The notes beneath the pieces were generated by a model, which saw only the letters and a list, made by a program, of their open reading frames with translations, did no database searches and was not told where the DNA came from. This document shows, in pieces, positions 39,201 through 51,600 of a stretch of DNA of 64,000 nt. How positions within the stretch are numbered: position 1 is the first letter of the stretch; every line of letters begins with the position of its first letter. This DNA is from Podarcis melisellensis (Eukaryota), in NCBI GenBank assembly GCA_964234715.1, contig OZ174280.1. One strand, given 5' to 3'. A program made the position numbers and the translations under genes.

Positions 39201-42200
39201 TTTTCTCATTCCTACTCAAGAGGGATTATGTTGTAAAATATATTTTATGATGCCACACAAATATTGCCTTGGCAGCAGGCTTGTTCCCTTGTACGTGTTA
39301 TACAAGGTGGGGGTGGGAGAAAGCTTCTGTGCTTGTACCCCTATAAATCCCCAATACCACCCTGGGCTTAATTAGAACTTTCTTCAGATCGCTCGCAACT
39401 TTGTACATCAGGTGCTGATTTGGCACCATCGAGGAAACAACTCATAAACTTCACAATCAATCTGCAGTTAGCAGCCAACTCCTCTTGCCTTGCTGGTTGG
39501 GTTTTTCTCTCCCCTCCCCCGCCCTTGTACACATTCTCATAGAAAGTAGCATTAAATTGGAGACATGTGGTAGGCGGCAGTGGAGCTTAACTAGACACAT
39601 GTGCTCTTTCTCCCATCAGCCTGCTGCCTGAAGAACAGTGAATGCATCTACATCGTTCACTCAGGCAGGTAACTGAAAAGGTGCTTTAGAAAAACACAAT
39701 CACCACCAAGAAGCAGCACATTTCCTAACTATGAGTGACTGTAGAAGGTCCCAGATATTTCTAGCCCATTTTTCCATATAAACTATAATTGAGGCAGCTT
39801 ACAAACAATCAAGAACAATAAAATTATGTAAGCCAGCTCACACCAGCAACTTCAGTAGGAGTAAAATCTTTATCTCCCAAAACGTTTCATTGAAATAAAG
39901 CCACTGCTCATCTGAAAGTGAACAGTGATGGGACCAGGTGTACTGGCCTTTGTAGAATGTTCCAGATTCTGGATGCCAAATATATCATCTAGGCTGTGTT
40001 CAAATATTGTTGTTTATTCCTCCCCAACACTTTCAAAACTCCCAACATCTTATCCAGGCTCTTCCACCTCAACATCCTTGTCTGACCACACTGATTCCCA
40101 TCACAATGATCCTTAGCATTTAAACTGAGCAATTCTCTTGGTGCACTCCACTGAATGAACAGGAGCTATACAAAAGGACAGGGCTTGCTTTCCCAATGCC
40201 CATTCATCTTCAAGCAGCATGAGCAGAATTTCCCAATAGACTGTGCCCTGTGGCAAGGGTGTTATTTGGATTTTGTGCCTCAGACACCAAAGTGCCTGTT
40301 CACTTCCTCATACTTCCCTCAAGTCATCATCCCCACAAGTGACCTCCCTTGTCTGTTTTATCACATGATACCAAGCTTTCAAGTCACCAGGCCCTTCAGA
40401 TCTCTACCCAACCCTTGTCCAAGATTTTATCCTCACCTGTTCCTTGAATTGACCTGTAAATTACCTAATTAGGCAAGTTACCTCATTTAACAAGTGTCTA
40501 AAGTATTACAAAGAGGCATAGCGCTATTACTGAACAATACCTCAAGCGAACTTCATATTGTATTGTGCTTGTGAAGCTCCCCCTCTTGCATTCCCCTTGA
40601 AGAATATGCAAGTCAAGTGATCCTCCACAATGACATCTTTTCAGATGGAGACCCTAGTCATGCAGCATATCTGCCTGGTTGGTGAGGACAGCAGGTGTGA
40701 GATCTCTGCACGATCATGTGCCATTAGTGTGTCTGGCTCACACATTCTGTGAGGGGGAGGGGCTTCCACTGCCATCAAAGTGCAAATCAGGGCAGTGATT
40801 CTCTCTGGTCCCTTAACTGGTAGGGGACGTGTTCAAGCATCAAATGTATTTTTACCACACTACACAAATGGAGGCCAATATGGTCTAGACTAGTTCTAAA
40901 AATGCAAGAAAACTGCAGGAATAGAAGTCGTCTATCATTCCTAGATTGAATGTTCTATTACCATGCTTATAGGCAAAAACTCCATGCCTTCACTTGGAAA
41001 AAAAACAAAACAAAAAAATGGCCCAGAAAGTACTTTGTTGATTTTATCTTGTCTTTTAACACTTCTATCCCAATGGATTAACCATGCAGACCCAGAGGCA
41101 AACATTTTATATACAAACATAGCCAGCTTAAGCCCATGGCATCTTGGAATGCAGCCGAGCACATCCAGTGTTTTAAGTAATATGCTGAAAATAAAACTGA
41201 CTGAATTATACAATAAGAGCAAAGAGCCTGCCAAACATGTTACTGTTACCAATGACATCAGTTTTACTCTGATGACATTCACTACCACTTGTCATTTGGC
41301 AAGCAATCTTCCCAGATGTGCTGTGCATGCCACATGATAGGCAAAGCCAGCTCAGTGCTGTGAGAACTTGGCTGGAAGTTCCCAATGGAACGACTACAGT
41401 CTCCTGCCCATGTTATAGTAGCAAACTGAGTATTTTTAACATGGAGAATAATTATAAATTGTAGGGCTCTGTGACAAGTAGCAACAGAATCCCTTTTCAA
41501 GGAGTTGGTTGAGCATGAGACTAGACACCTAGACATTCCTATTAAACAATGCACAGATAATTTGTCAATTGAGTATCCCTGAGGTGTTTCCTCTACATTC
41601 CATTTACATGTCAAAAACTGAAATCTGGGTAAGACCTTGATGTTTCTGCTTCACGGTTTTTTCCAACTTAATGAAATTCAAAATTAGCAACTCCAAATGT
41701 GGATCTCTCTAGTACCATTGACTAAACTTAAGCTTGGAAATATGCAAGTTTGTCCTTTGTCAACTTTGCTTCCAAGATTGTTCCTTCCCCATCCGCTGTC
41801 TGATGTTCCATTTCCCTTGGGAATCAGCATACTTCTTGTGAATCTCCCACCTCTAACCATAACATCTATTAGAATCTGCAACATAACTAAGAGCCACTAC
41901 AGTGACCTCCATTCCATTCCCCACTTTCTACATGGCTGTGGAATATCTAGGTTTAAACTCATGGATTTGTGATCCTGACACCAAGTTTGGCTCTGAGTGC
42001 AACTAGTTGATGCTGGGGTTCTAGAATCAACTTTAATGCTACAAAAACAGAGGTTCACTTGCTCAGTAAATGGAATAATATGAACAGCATCTTGAAGCTA
42101 TGCTTCTATTAAGATTTTCTCTCCCCAGCACCTTCTGATACTATGCAACAATCCTTGACTGGTCACAACAACTGGATTTCAGGCTGTAGAAACTCAGGCA

Positions 42201-45200
42201 GATTACCTACTGTTAGGGATGGTTGGGGGGGGGCTGTGGGAGAGTTGCTTCTACTTAGCTGAACTGGCTTTGATGCAGAGATTGGCTATTAACTTAGCAG
42301 CCAATCTCTGTGCTCACTTCTCATTGCAAGCCATACTCTTCCATTGGTCACATATGTGGCAGAAGGAGCAGAACAGAACCAATGAGAGAGCTTGGAGCCA
42401 AGGGTCACCTTTCAGTTATTGCCAGGGGCCGTAGCTGTTTGCATGGTAAGCAGCCTAAAAACAAAAGACTTAAGTGTCAAACACTCAGAGGCATAAATCA
42501 TGACTCCTACCTTGCCACACTTTAGCCAAAGTAAAAAAGCCAACACCCATTTCCCAGCTGCTGTAATGATTGAAGGAGAGCATGTGGCTACTGTGCATGG
42601 ATACACCTGGCTGGCAACTGAATAGTCTCTGCAGTGTGGGGAGCAGTTTCTTCCTGGCTGCACAGCTCAGTGCAGTCATTTGTCACTGAGCCCTCGGGAA
42701 TATCCACAAGGAAACATGGGCATTTTCTACACTCCTGCCTGTCACCTGATTTGCCAGCATCTCTCAGCACTTATACTCTTCTATAAATTACTTCCTTTAA
42801 CAGCTTTTACCAGTTCACCCTGCCTGCTTGCCAAACCTGGTCAAGCATGCCTGTCATTCAGCACATATGGAACTTGCGTTAGTTTACTGCCTCCTGAAAT
42901 GGAAGGGCAAGCGTTGTAGTGAGGAAAGCATTAAGGAGAGAACTGATAATCTCACTTAGCTATACTGGATTCTTTTTTAAAAAAATGCTAAGGATTACTT
43001 AACCAAACTAGGAATCTAGACTTGATGTAAAAGAGAACTGGCTCATTGTTGTTGAGTTCTACAAAATAACTCTTTCTGTCATAGCAAATCAATGGGCTCA
43101 TGGACGCTAATTAAAAGATAAACATCATTAAAGAGTTGCCTTGATGCAAATTCCAAACATCTCCACATTTCTTTATTGTTGAAAACAGCACTGTAGGTTG
43201 AACACATGCAGCCAGGTAAAAACTCTCGGGTGAGAAAGTGAGCTAAACCACAGCTCTAAAGAGAAGATCCTATCTGTTATTTGGTGCTGAATTCCTGATT
43301 CATTTTATGAAGGCCAAGCAGCACAAGGGCTATTTTGGGTTGATGGGATTTCACAAATACCTTAGAAGAAATACTCAATCTAACACAGAGGAGCTCTATC
43401 AGAAGGTGAATCATGGACAGCAAAGCAGATGGGTAGTGGAGTTTTAAAATATTCAGTATTTAGAATAGTGTAGGAAAATATTATTTAATGCCACAGCAGA
43501 AGGTGCAGAATAATTTCACACATGAGATATTCAGAATATTTCCCCACCCAATGAACAATCAGCTTTTGATATTCATTGCTAAATGTAGTATTTAAAGCAC
43601 CCAGATCCATTTTGTTTGTCAAATGCAGGTTGCTAAATCAGAATAATAAAAAACCTGCAGTTACGCTTTAAAATATTCCATTTGTTTATACACTGGAGAT
43701 TCCTTATATCCCAAGCTTTCCATTTTCACCAAAAAGCTATTTCTCTCCAAGGTAAAGCTCTCAACAGAATATGAGTGCCATTTATCAAGTGTAATTCATG
43801 GCACCAAAACTGTATGGGATCAATTTACAAATGAACCAAAGGCTAGCCATTATTTTTGAGCCAAAGGATTTATGATGTACTCAATGTTTGGCAACTGGGC
43901 ACCACACTCACCTGTAGTTTCCTTTATTAAGTACAGTGTTCTCCGGAGATCTGACATCTTTTGCTTCCTCCCCTCCACCCAAGCATGTGGCTGTGAGAAC
44001 CAACTTCACATTTTTCAGGGGTCTCACCACTCTCATGAGAGCTATGAGTCAATGTCAAGCTTAAGCAAAAAGGAGTCAATAGCTCGTAGGGTTTCCTATT
44101 CACTAGTGCTCACAGGAGGCTGCTCTGTATAGCATATGTGCTGCTGGAGCAAGCACAGTAACCATTTGTTTTTATCAAAGGTTAAAACTATGCTGAAGGA
44201 CTGGAGGGTCAGTGTACCAAAGACTGAGGAAAGCCCTGGGAAAATCCACAGAGGCTACAATCCTTGGGGGAAAATCTGTGAGTCCTACATAAACAAATAA
44301 TAAATGCTGCCACTTAGCATTTGTGGAGTGTATGGAGTGTTAGGACACACCATGCTCCTTTGAGGGTAGTTTGTCCACCTTTGGTCCCCACCCTGCACTC
44401 ATCTCTCACCTGTGGCTGCTGGAAGCTGTCAGCATGTGACAGCAGCCACATCCCAGAAATGACTTCAACCGGCCAGCTAAAGCAGGTGAGGGTAACCAAT
44501 GGGTCTCAAACCCTCAGTGAGTTAGGGACTTCCCCTGCAAGCAAAGACAGGCTACGGTGGATTGAATGGACGGGACCAATAATGAATCCAATGGCCAAGA
44601 AGATGATTTCTGCACGTGCTGTAGATGGAAATGAGGGGAAGAGGGGGCTCATCAACCTAGAAAGGTATGGTTGTGCTAATGTAATGTTCACCGTAATGCT
44701 ACATTGAATGCAACCCCTTACCTTTGCAACTTAACATTTATTTTTCTTTCATCATTTTTCTTTTGGTCTTGGGAGATGAAAGCTTCTGCCCCGGGGCTTT
44801 CAGCCAAGATCAAGTGTGCTTGGAATACTCTTACTTCAGCAGACATTGGTGAGTCAGTAACCAAAACTTAAATATGTCAAACCACAAAAAAATAAGAAAA
44901 CTACCTACCCTTCCTCAATCCTGACAGAGTTCATGATGATACAGTTAGTAATTTTAACTTTGTCTTTGATCACACATGAAGAACCAATGACAGAATGTTT
45001 AACTGCCGTTTTCTCTCCTAGTTGTGTTGACGCACCTACAATGCTGTCAGATCCAACCTTGAGAGGAGCAGAAAGAAAACATAGTTAAACTTCCTATTTA
45101 CCTTTTATGGGTGCTGCTAGGTCCAATGAGCACAGAACAGATACAGAGGACTCATGGAAGCTTAAATGAAAACCAGCAGGGAAGAACAGTCCCTTACAGC

Positions 45201-45610
45201 AGACTAGGAGATGGGAACCCAGACAGATATTTGATCTCTGAAAAAAGCTATGCCTTCCCCATGTCATACGAAGCATGTTTGTGATCCAAGAGTCTTTTCC
45301 ACATAAACAAGGTCTGTTTATTTCTTTTCAGTGCTGTAGAACTAAAGAACTGGCTCCAGGATATGAGTCTTAGCACTGAAGAGGGTGGTGCAATCTTTGC
45401 TCATGTAGAACTGTGTATGTGTGCACTACAGCTAGTGGCACCACCCACCCTGTGGAATGCCCTCCCATCAGAAGTCAAGAAGATGAGTAATTATATCTCT
45501 TTTAAGAGACATCTGAAGGCAGTCCTGTACAGGGAACCTTTTAAGGTTTAATGTTTTACTATGTGTAAATATGATGGAAGCCGCCCAGAGTGGCTGGTGC
45601 AACCCACTAT

Positions 45611-45642
<32 letters not shown>

Positions 45643-48600
45643 TACCATAGTAGAACAATGGTGTCCAATGGTCATAGTCTTTGGCTAAAATTTATGAGGA
45701 AGCAGGAAAAAGCATAATACTACTGTTGGTTGCTGCTCTCACTTAGAGTTTAATACTTTCCAATACATCCTGCTGTAAATGGTAATTGGTTGCAATAGGT
45801 GGGGGAAGACAGCTCTATCTGACTGAATACTTACATCAAGATCTACAAATCTGATACATAACAACTATGCCAGTCTGCTGGATCAGTCTGACTTGAAGCT
45901 GGATGCATTCTGGCCCAGTCTGTACAATTATATATTGAGCTGAGCTATGAGTGAGCCTTATGCCTGTAGGCATGCAAGCATTTCCCTTTTCAGTGCACCT
46001 GAATGCAGTGTGGTTGTTTTCAATTAACCATAGTTTCCCATATCATCCAAACCAGGAAACTATGGTTACTAGCCTCAAAACAAACCAGCATCTTAAACCA
46101 TGTTTGAGAGTTTGTTTAAGATCTTGTCCTTTTCTAAAGTTGGTAACCACAGTTTCCTGGTTCAGAGGAAATGGAAAAATAGGGTTAATTTGAGACTTCT
46201 ATACTGCATTCAGGCACCTGGGCGTAGTCACGTATACTTAAGTAACTGATCAATTGTGTCACAAATAACTCAGTTCTGCCCCCATCCCAACATAAAGCCT
46301 CCCCGCTAAAAATAAATCCTGGCTATGCCCATGTTCAGGCATGCTGCAAAAGGGTGTGGCTGCATGCATGAACACAATTATCACTCATATCTCAGCATAG
46401 TAAGTCCAAATACAGTCTCTGAGAACTTTCATTGTATTAGGCGGACCGTTAATATGGAAGGAAATCATGTAAATTAAGGACCTTTTTATGTCCCAGCACC
46501 CCATATAAAGAGATGTTGCTACTCACCAGACCTCTGTCAGTTACTTGTGCAGTACAGTGAACCAGAGGTTCCTCTGGGCAAAGCGAAGACAGCATTTTAG
46601 GAACCTGAAAGATGATATCCAAAGTCACAAGTTACAATCCATTGCAGAACTGGGATAAAAATCTACACCCAAAGGGCTTGTTGGAACAGAACGGTCCTCA
46701 ATAGGTACAAAGAGACAGCAAAAATTGCATTTTTCTGATATATATCAGGAGGGAGTTCCAAAGTGTAGCTGCCACCACGTTAATAATCTGATTTGTACAT
46801 CATATGGAATGAATCTCCTGATGCGATACTATCTGAAGGAGTGCTCCTGCAGACTGAAGTGATTGTCTAGGTATATATGTGGTGAGACAATCTTTTGGGT
46901 GTCTTGGGCCTTTTTTCCAGCTGGAACTCTCAGGTGGGTGCCACTGCTATTTTAAGAGAACAAGGGAGGTGTTCATGATGAGACAGAAAAATACTACTAG
47001 TCCTAGTTAATTAAAAGCAAGCAATATTATTAGAAGCAATATGCTGTGTGACTAGAGAGCTATGACCTAGAGCTGGGGATGGATGTGTTGGGGAAATATT
47101 AGGGCACCATCAATTTTGGTTCTCTCAGTTTCTCATTTTTCCAATCTGAAAGTCAGTTCTCTGCATGTTTTTTTGTCAATCCTCACAAAAGTTCTTTAGC
47201 ATTTTAGTGTGAATTTCTCCTAATAAACCCCTTTTTGTATGCAGTTTTGACCAATATACACATTTTTGCAAGCACTTTCACCTACTGTTTTGAATTTTTT
47301 GTATACTATCTTCACTAATTTTGTACCCCCTTTTCCCTGATATATGAAAGAAGATCTAGCAAAGGACCGTGCAGAAAGCAAAGGGAGAGGGGCTGCTGAA
47401 CTCTTTCCCTTCCAGCCATTTCCTTGCTCAAAACTGTTCCAATCACAAGCTACTTTCCTGCCCATCTGTAGGAGAAAAGGTGCAAGAGCTTTGTGAAGCT
47501 TTAAAATGTGTACCCCAGTTAAATAATGCAAAAATTGTCAACTAAAAGGACTCATGCCTGTTGCCTGCATGAGTAAATGAAAATAACTATCTAAGAGGCA
47601 ACTATCAGCTATGCACCTAAGAAATGAAACATTCCAAACAACCCAGGAGAAATTTTTTCCTATGCTAGTTCTGCTACCTAGATTTACACATCAGAAGTCA
47701 AGTAGAAAAACTGAATTACTGCTAGATAGAAGGCAAGGACCAGGCATGAAGAAGAGACAAAGGCGCCTCCTCCCCAGTTACAATTTTGGGCTAGTTCAGG
47801 ATCAGGCAGTTGTTAGAGCACTTTTTGTTCCGTGTTGAAGACCTGTTTTGCCTGTGTAAGGGGCTAGAGACCTTGTGCATAACGCTGTACATATTTAGCC
47901 ACCTTGAAGACTTAAGAGATGAGGAGAGAGGAGCCAGAATATATTTCTTATTCAAAGTACTTATAGGCCACCTTTCGGGGGGAAATCTCACAAGGCAGGA
48001 AACAATGAGATGGGATACTTTAAGATACACCGGATGACTAAAAAATTGTAAGAATACAGCATTGTAAAAGAAGAAGTAGTAAGAATCAGTGGCAAAGACT
48101 GTTAAAGACAGGCCATCTGGAATATATGAGTTCTCAAGGTATGTTTGAAGGCTTCTGGTATAGGGGAGGTGTGTAGTAAGAATATGATTTAAGACATAAG
48201 GGTAGATAGAAGAGCATGATCTCTACCAGGTCAAACTAATGCTGACTGTAGTAAATTCCAGGTGCTTCAGCAAATGCATGAAAGAATAGGAAAATGTTCC
48301 ACAATAGTCACGTCTTCAGAGGAGCGAGTAAGATACACAGATAATGTGCATACTCAAGGCACAATCCTCAGTTAAAATATCAGAGCCCATATAGTAGCAT
48401 AAAAAGTGGCCAGAGAGAGCGGCTATACATAGAAAAAGGAGATATGAAAGATAGAGCAGTACTTGCAGGGAGTGTCAGGGTCAAGAGGAGGTTTAGCTTA
48501 GCTTTTCGTTTTTCTGAAGAAACCTACTTCCTGTTCTTGGAGCTACTCCCTCCTGCTGCCACCTGCCCACACAAAGGCAGCGGCAAACTTAAGAGGTCAA

Positions 48601-51600
48601 CTGAAAACAAGTAAAACATTTCCTGAGTGCAAGGGCAGGGAGGTAAACTGCTGTTCTGTTTCTGCTGCTGAAGCATTAACAGCTGTTTCGCAAGTTACTG
48701 ATAAAAAAGAATATACTGTGTGCACATCTGTACATGCATCTCCTTAATGGTGTGGCTTACGTATGGTGAAGCAGAAGCTAATCTTCTCTCCCCCCATGTG
48801 ATGGAACAGGTATACATGTAGCCACTCCAAACCTAACTATGCAACCAATTTGCACACAAACGGTGCAAAGAAAGCAGTAATAAGTGAAGCAGGCTTAAGA
48901 GAATAATGCTGCAGGTAAAGACTCTGCTTTCTGAAGAAAATGGTGACTTTGGCATAATTTTTATTGTACCAGTGGACTAAATATGCTCACAAACAAATGA
49001 GTGAATGAATTCTGAATGCAACTCCACAAATTAAAGCAGAAAAAGTAGGGCGGGATGTATGCGCAGATCAAACAAATACAGATTTTATAAAAAAGGAGCA
49101 CCTCGAACCAAAAAACGAAAAAAACAAAATCAGAATGTTAGAAACAACACTCCCTTTTAAGGACTCCTCATTGACTTTTGCTGTGATGTTTTCCCTCAGC
49201 ATAGTTTCCTTAATAATGTTACCATCCTGGAAAGTTAAACATTGAAGGAAAATCTTCTCTGACCATCGAGACCCCTGTGAAGATTTGCACATTAGTTGGG
49301 ATTACCACCCAGGTGCAAACACATTTTCAGTCCTGACCCCAAATGCTTCAACTGTTTAGATATCTTAAAGGCGGCCGGGGTGGGGGGGTGGGGGTTAGAG
49401 GCAACCCACACAGTTTCTGGATGAATTCAACTTTGTGGCTTCTTACACAGGCTGACAGCAAGTAGTGGCCCCCTTAGCCATACTGCTCAAAATTAACAAT
49501 GGTAGTAGCAGTGCTCTCTCTCTTGCCCCTGCCATAAAATGGCTGCCATCCCGGCTATGCCACAGCACAGGTCCCAGTCATCTCAAATTGCAGGACAGCT
49601 TACTGTCCAATGCCTGGAGCTCCTCCAGATGACCTGTTTATTAAGCATTTGTCCTGTTTTCTTCCTACAAAATTTACATAGATGTAATACTATGCCTGCT
49701 CTTTATTGAGCATTTGTATTGAGCAGTTTTGCTTGCAATGATATTACATGGCAATGAGAATTCAGGGTGGTCTTCCTACCAATCCATCCATATCCCACAC
49801 TTTAGGATGCATTTCCCTGTCACTTTCCTAACTGCAAGAACTCTCTCTGAGTGTTGTTTTTTTAAGTGGATTTGTTGTGCCGGAGCACTTTAATCTATTT
49901 TGATTGTACAAACCTAAATTGCCCTCAAAATGGTGGCAATCTGGAGAATGCGATGGTATCCTTTAAAAGTGTGAGCAGTCTTTGGCCACTCAGTCTCCTT
50001 CCTCTAAGTGATGCAGCCAAGATGCAGAAACTTCCCACCTTACCCATCAACAAAATCCTGCAGCATTTTTGCCACACCTACCACACAGTATTGGAAATTT
50101 TACTATGTATTTTGTGTTTTTTATATTGTAATATTATATTGCAAACTACCCTGAGACCTACAGACGAAGGGTGGTCTACTTACTAAACAAACAAACAAAC
50201 AAACAAACAAACAAACAAACAAACCCATACAGTTTAGATTTCCAACAGATAGCACAGGGTGCCCGACAAAAGAACAAAGTAAAAAATAAATTCCTTAAGT
50301 TTGTGTATTTATGATCACAGGACACCAGTCTATATTGGACTGTTGCAAACATGTACACACCTCCATCTTCCACAAGTCATGCAACATCTCAAAATTGTTC
50401 CAGTAGACAGATAAGCATGCAGATGTGGTTTGTTTTTGTTTTACCTGTCTGTTAGCTTCAATGTAAAGGCCAAGAGTGTTTACTCGGTAGCACAGCCCAT
50501 CTTTCATTATGTGAACATAACAACGAACTTTCCCTTCATGGAATGCTTCCTTCATATCTCCTCTCCGATTGTTCCAACAAAGGTTGTCTGTGCCCAATTC
50601 AAACAGGCTATCCTCCTTCAAGAAGCTATAGATGTCTGTACAATATGCAAAAGCCATAAAAATGAGATTTGAGTGAACATCACATAATATTTTGAAAACA
50701 TTACTTGGGAAAGCATACAGCACATCTTCACATGCATGTTTCTGTGTGCGGTACAAAATGCCATCCACAAAAGTGGATGTGGCTCTCACATGCATGCACA
50801 CATGTACAGGATACTCAGCCCCCCATCAACTGATCTGTGCAATTCAGCTGAAGCAGGTGGGGTTGTCTATAATTAAGCAGTATATAAGCTGTCTAAATAA
50901 ATACATACTCCTTTTTGAACTAACCTAGTGGTTTCTGGTCCTTTTTCCTTTGGTCGTGCTCTTTGATGTTTTGTCCCTGTTGCAATGGTGCAGGAGATGA
51001 AAACTGCTTCCTAACCAAGTATGGAATCAGCTCACTTCGGATTGATGTAAATGACCTAGGGGAAGTCGAAACAAAACAACATACAGATATTAAATCTGGA
51101 AACACTTCGAGAAAAACAAGTTGCTTATTTATGACTGATATTCAAGTGGTTATCTTTGCATTCATGCCATTGGATTTGAAACCCAAGCAGAGCATTTGCA
51201 GAACCTTTAAACTGTGAGCAAGTAGACATGCACTTTGGTTTTGACTTCTGTACAGCACTGAGCACATATTAGATACTTTATATATAATACAGAAAGATGA
51301 CACAAGCCAGTGAGCTGGTGCTCCTGTGTCCCTTCTCCTGAGACAGAGAGAACTAGATTTGGACAAGAACCCTCTAGTGCTCATTACGTTCCACACAGCC
51401 TCCTTATACCAACCGAGAAGACACAGCAGGAGCAGGGAAGGAGAGTGGGTTAACTGTAGTATACTTGGCCAACTATAACTTGGACGGATGGCTTTAAAAG
51501 AGGATTAGACAAATTCACAGAGGATAAGGCTACCAATGGCCACTAGTCACAATACCTACGTTCTACCTCAGAGACAGTAGGTCTCTGAATACCAGTTGCT

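Noticed and set aside
44321-44707. 128-aa + strand ORF antisense in intron 10
   Set aside because: It has a non-ATG start and no recognisable domain, and its length is within chance expectation.
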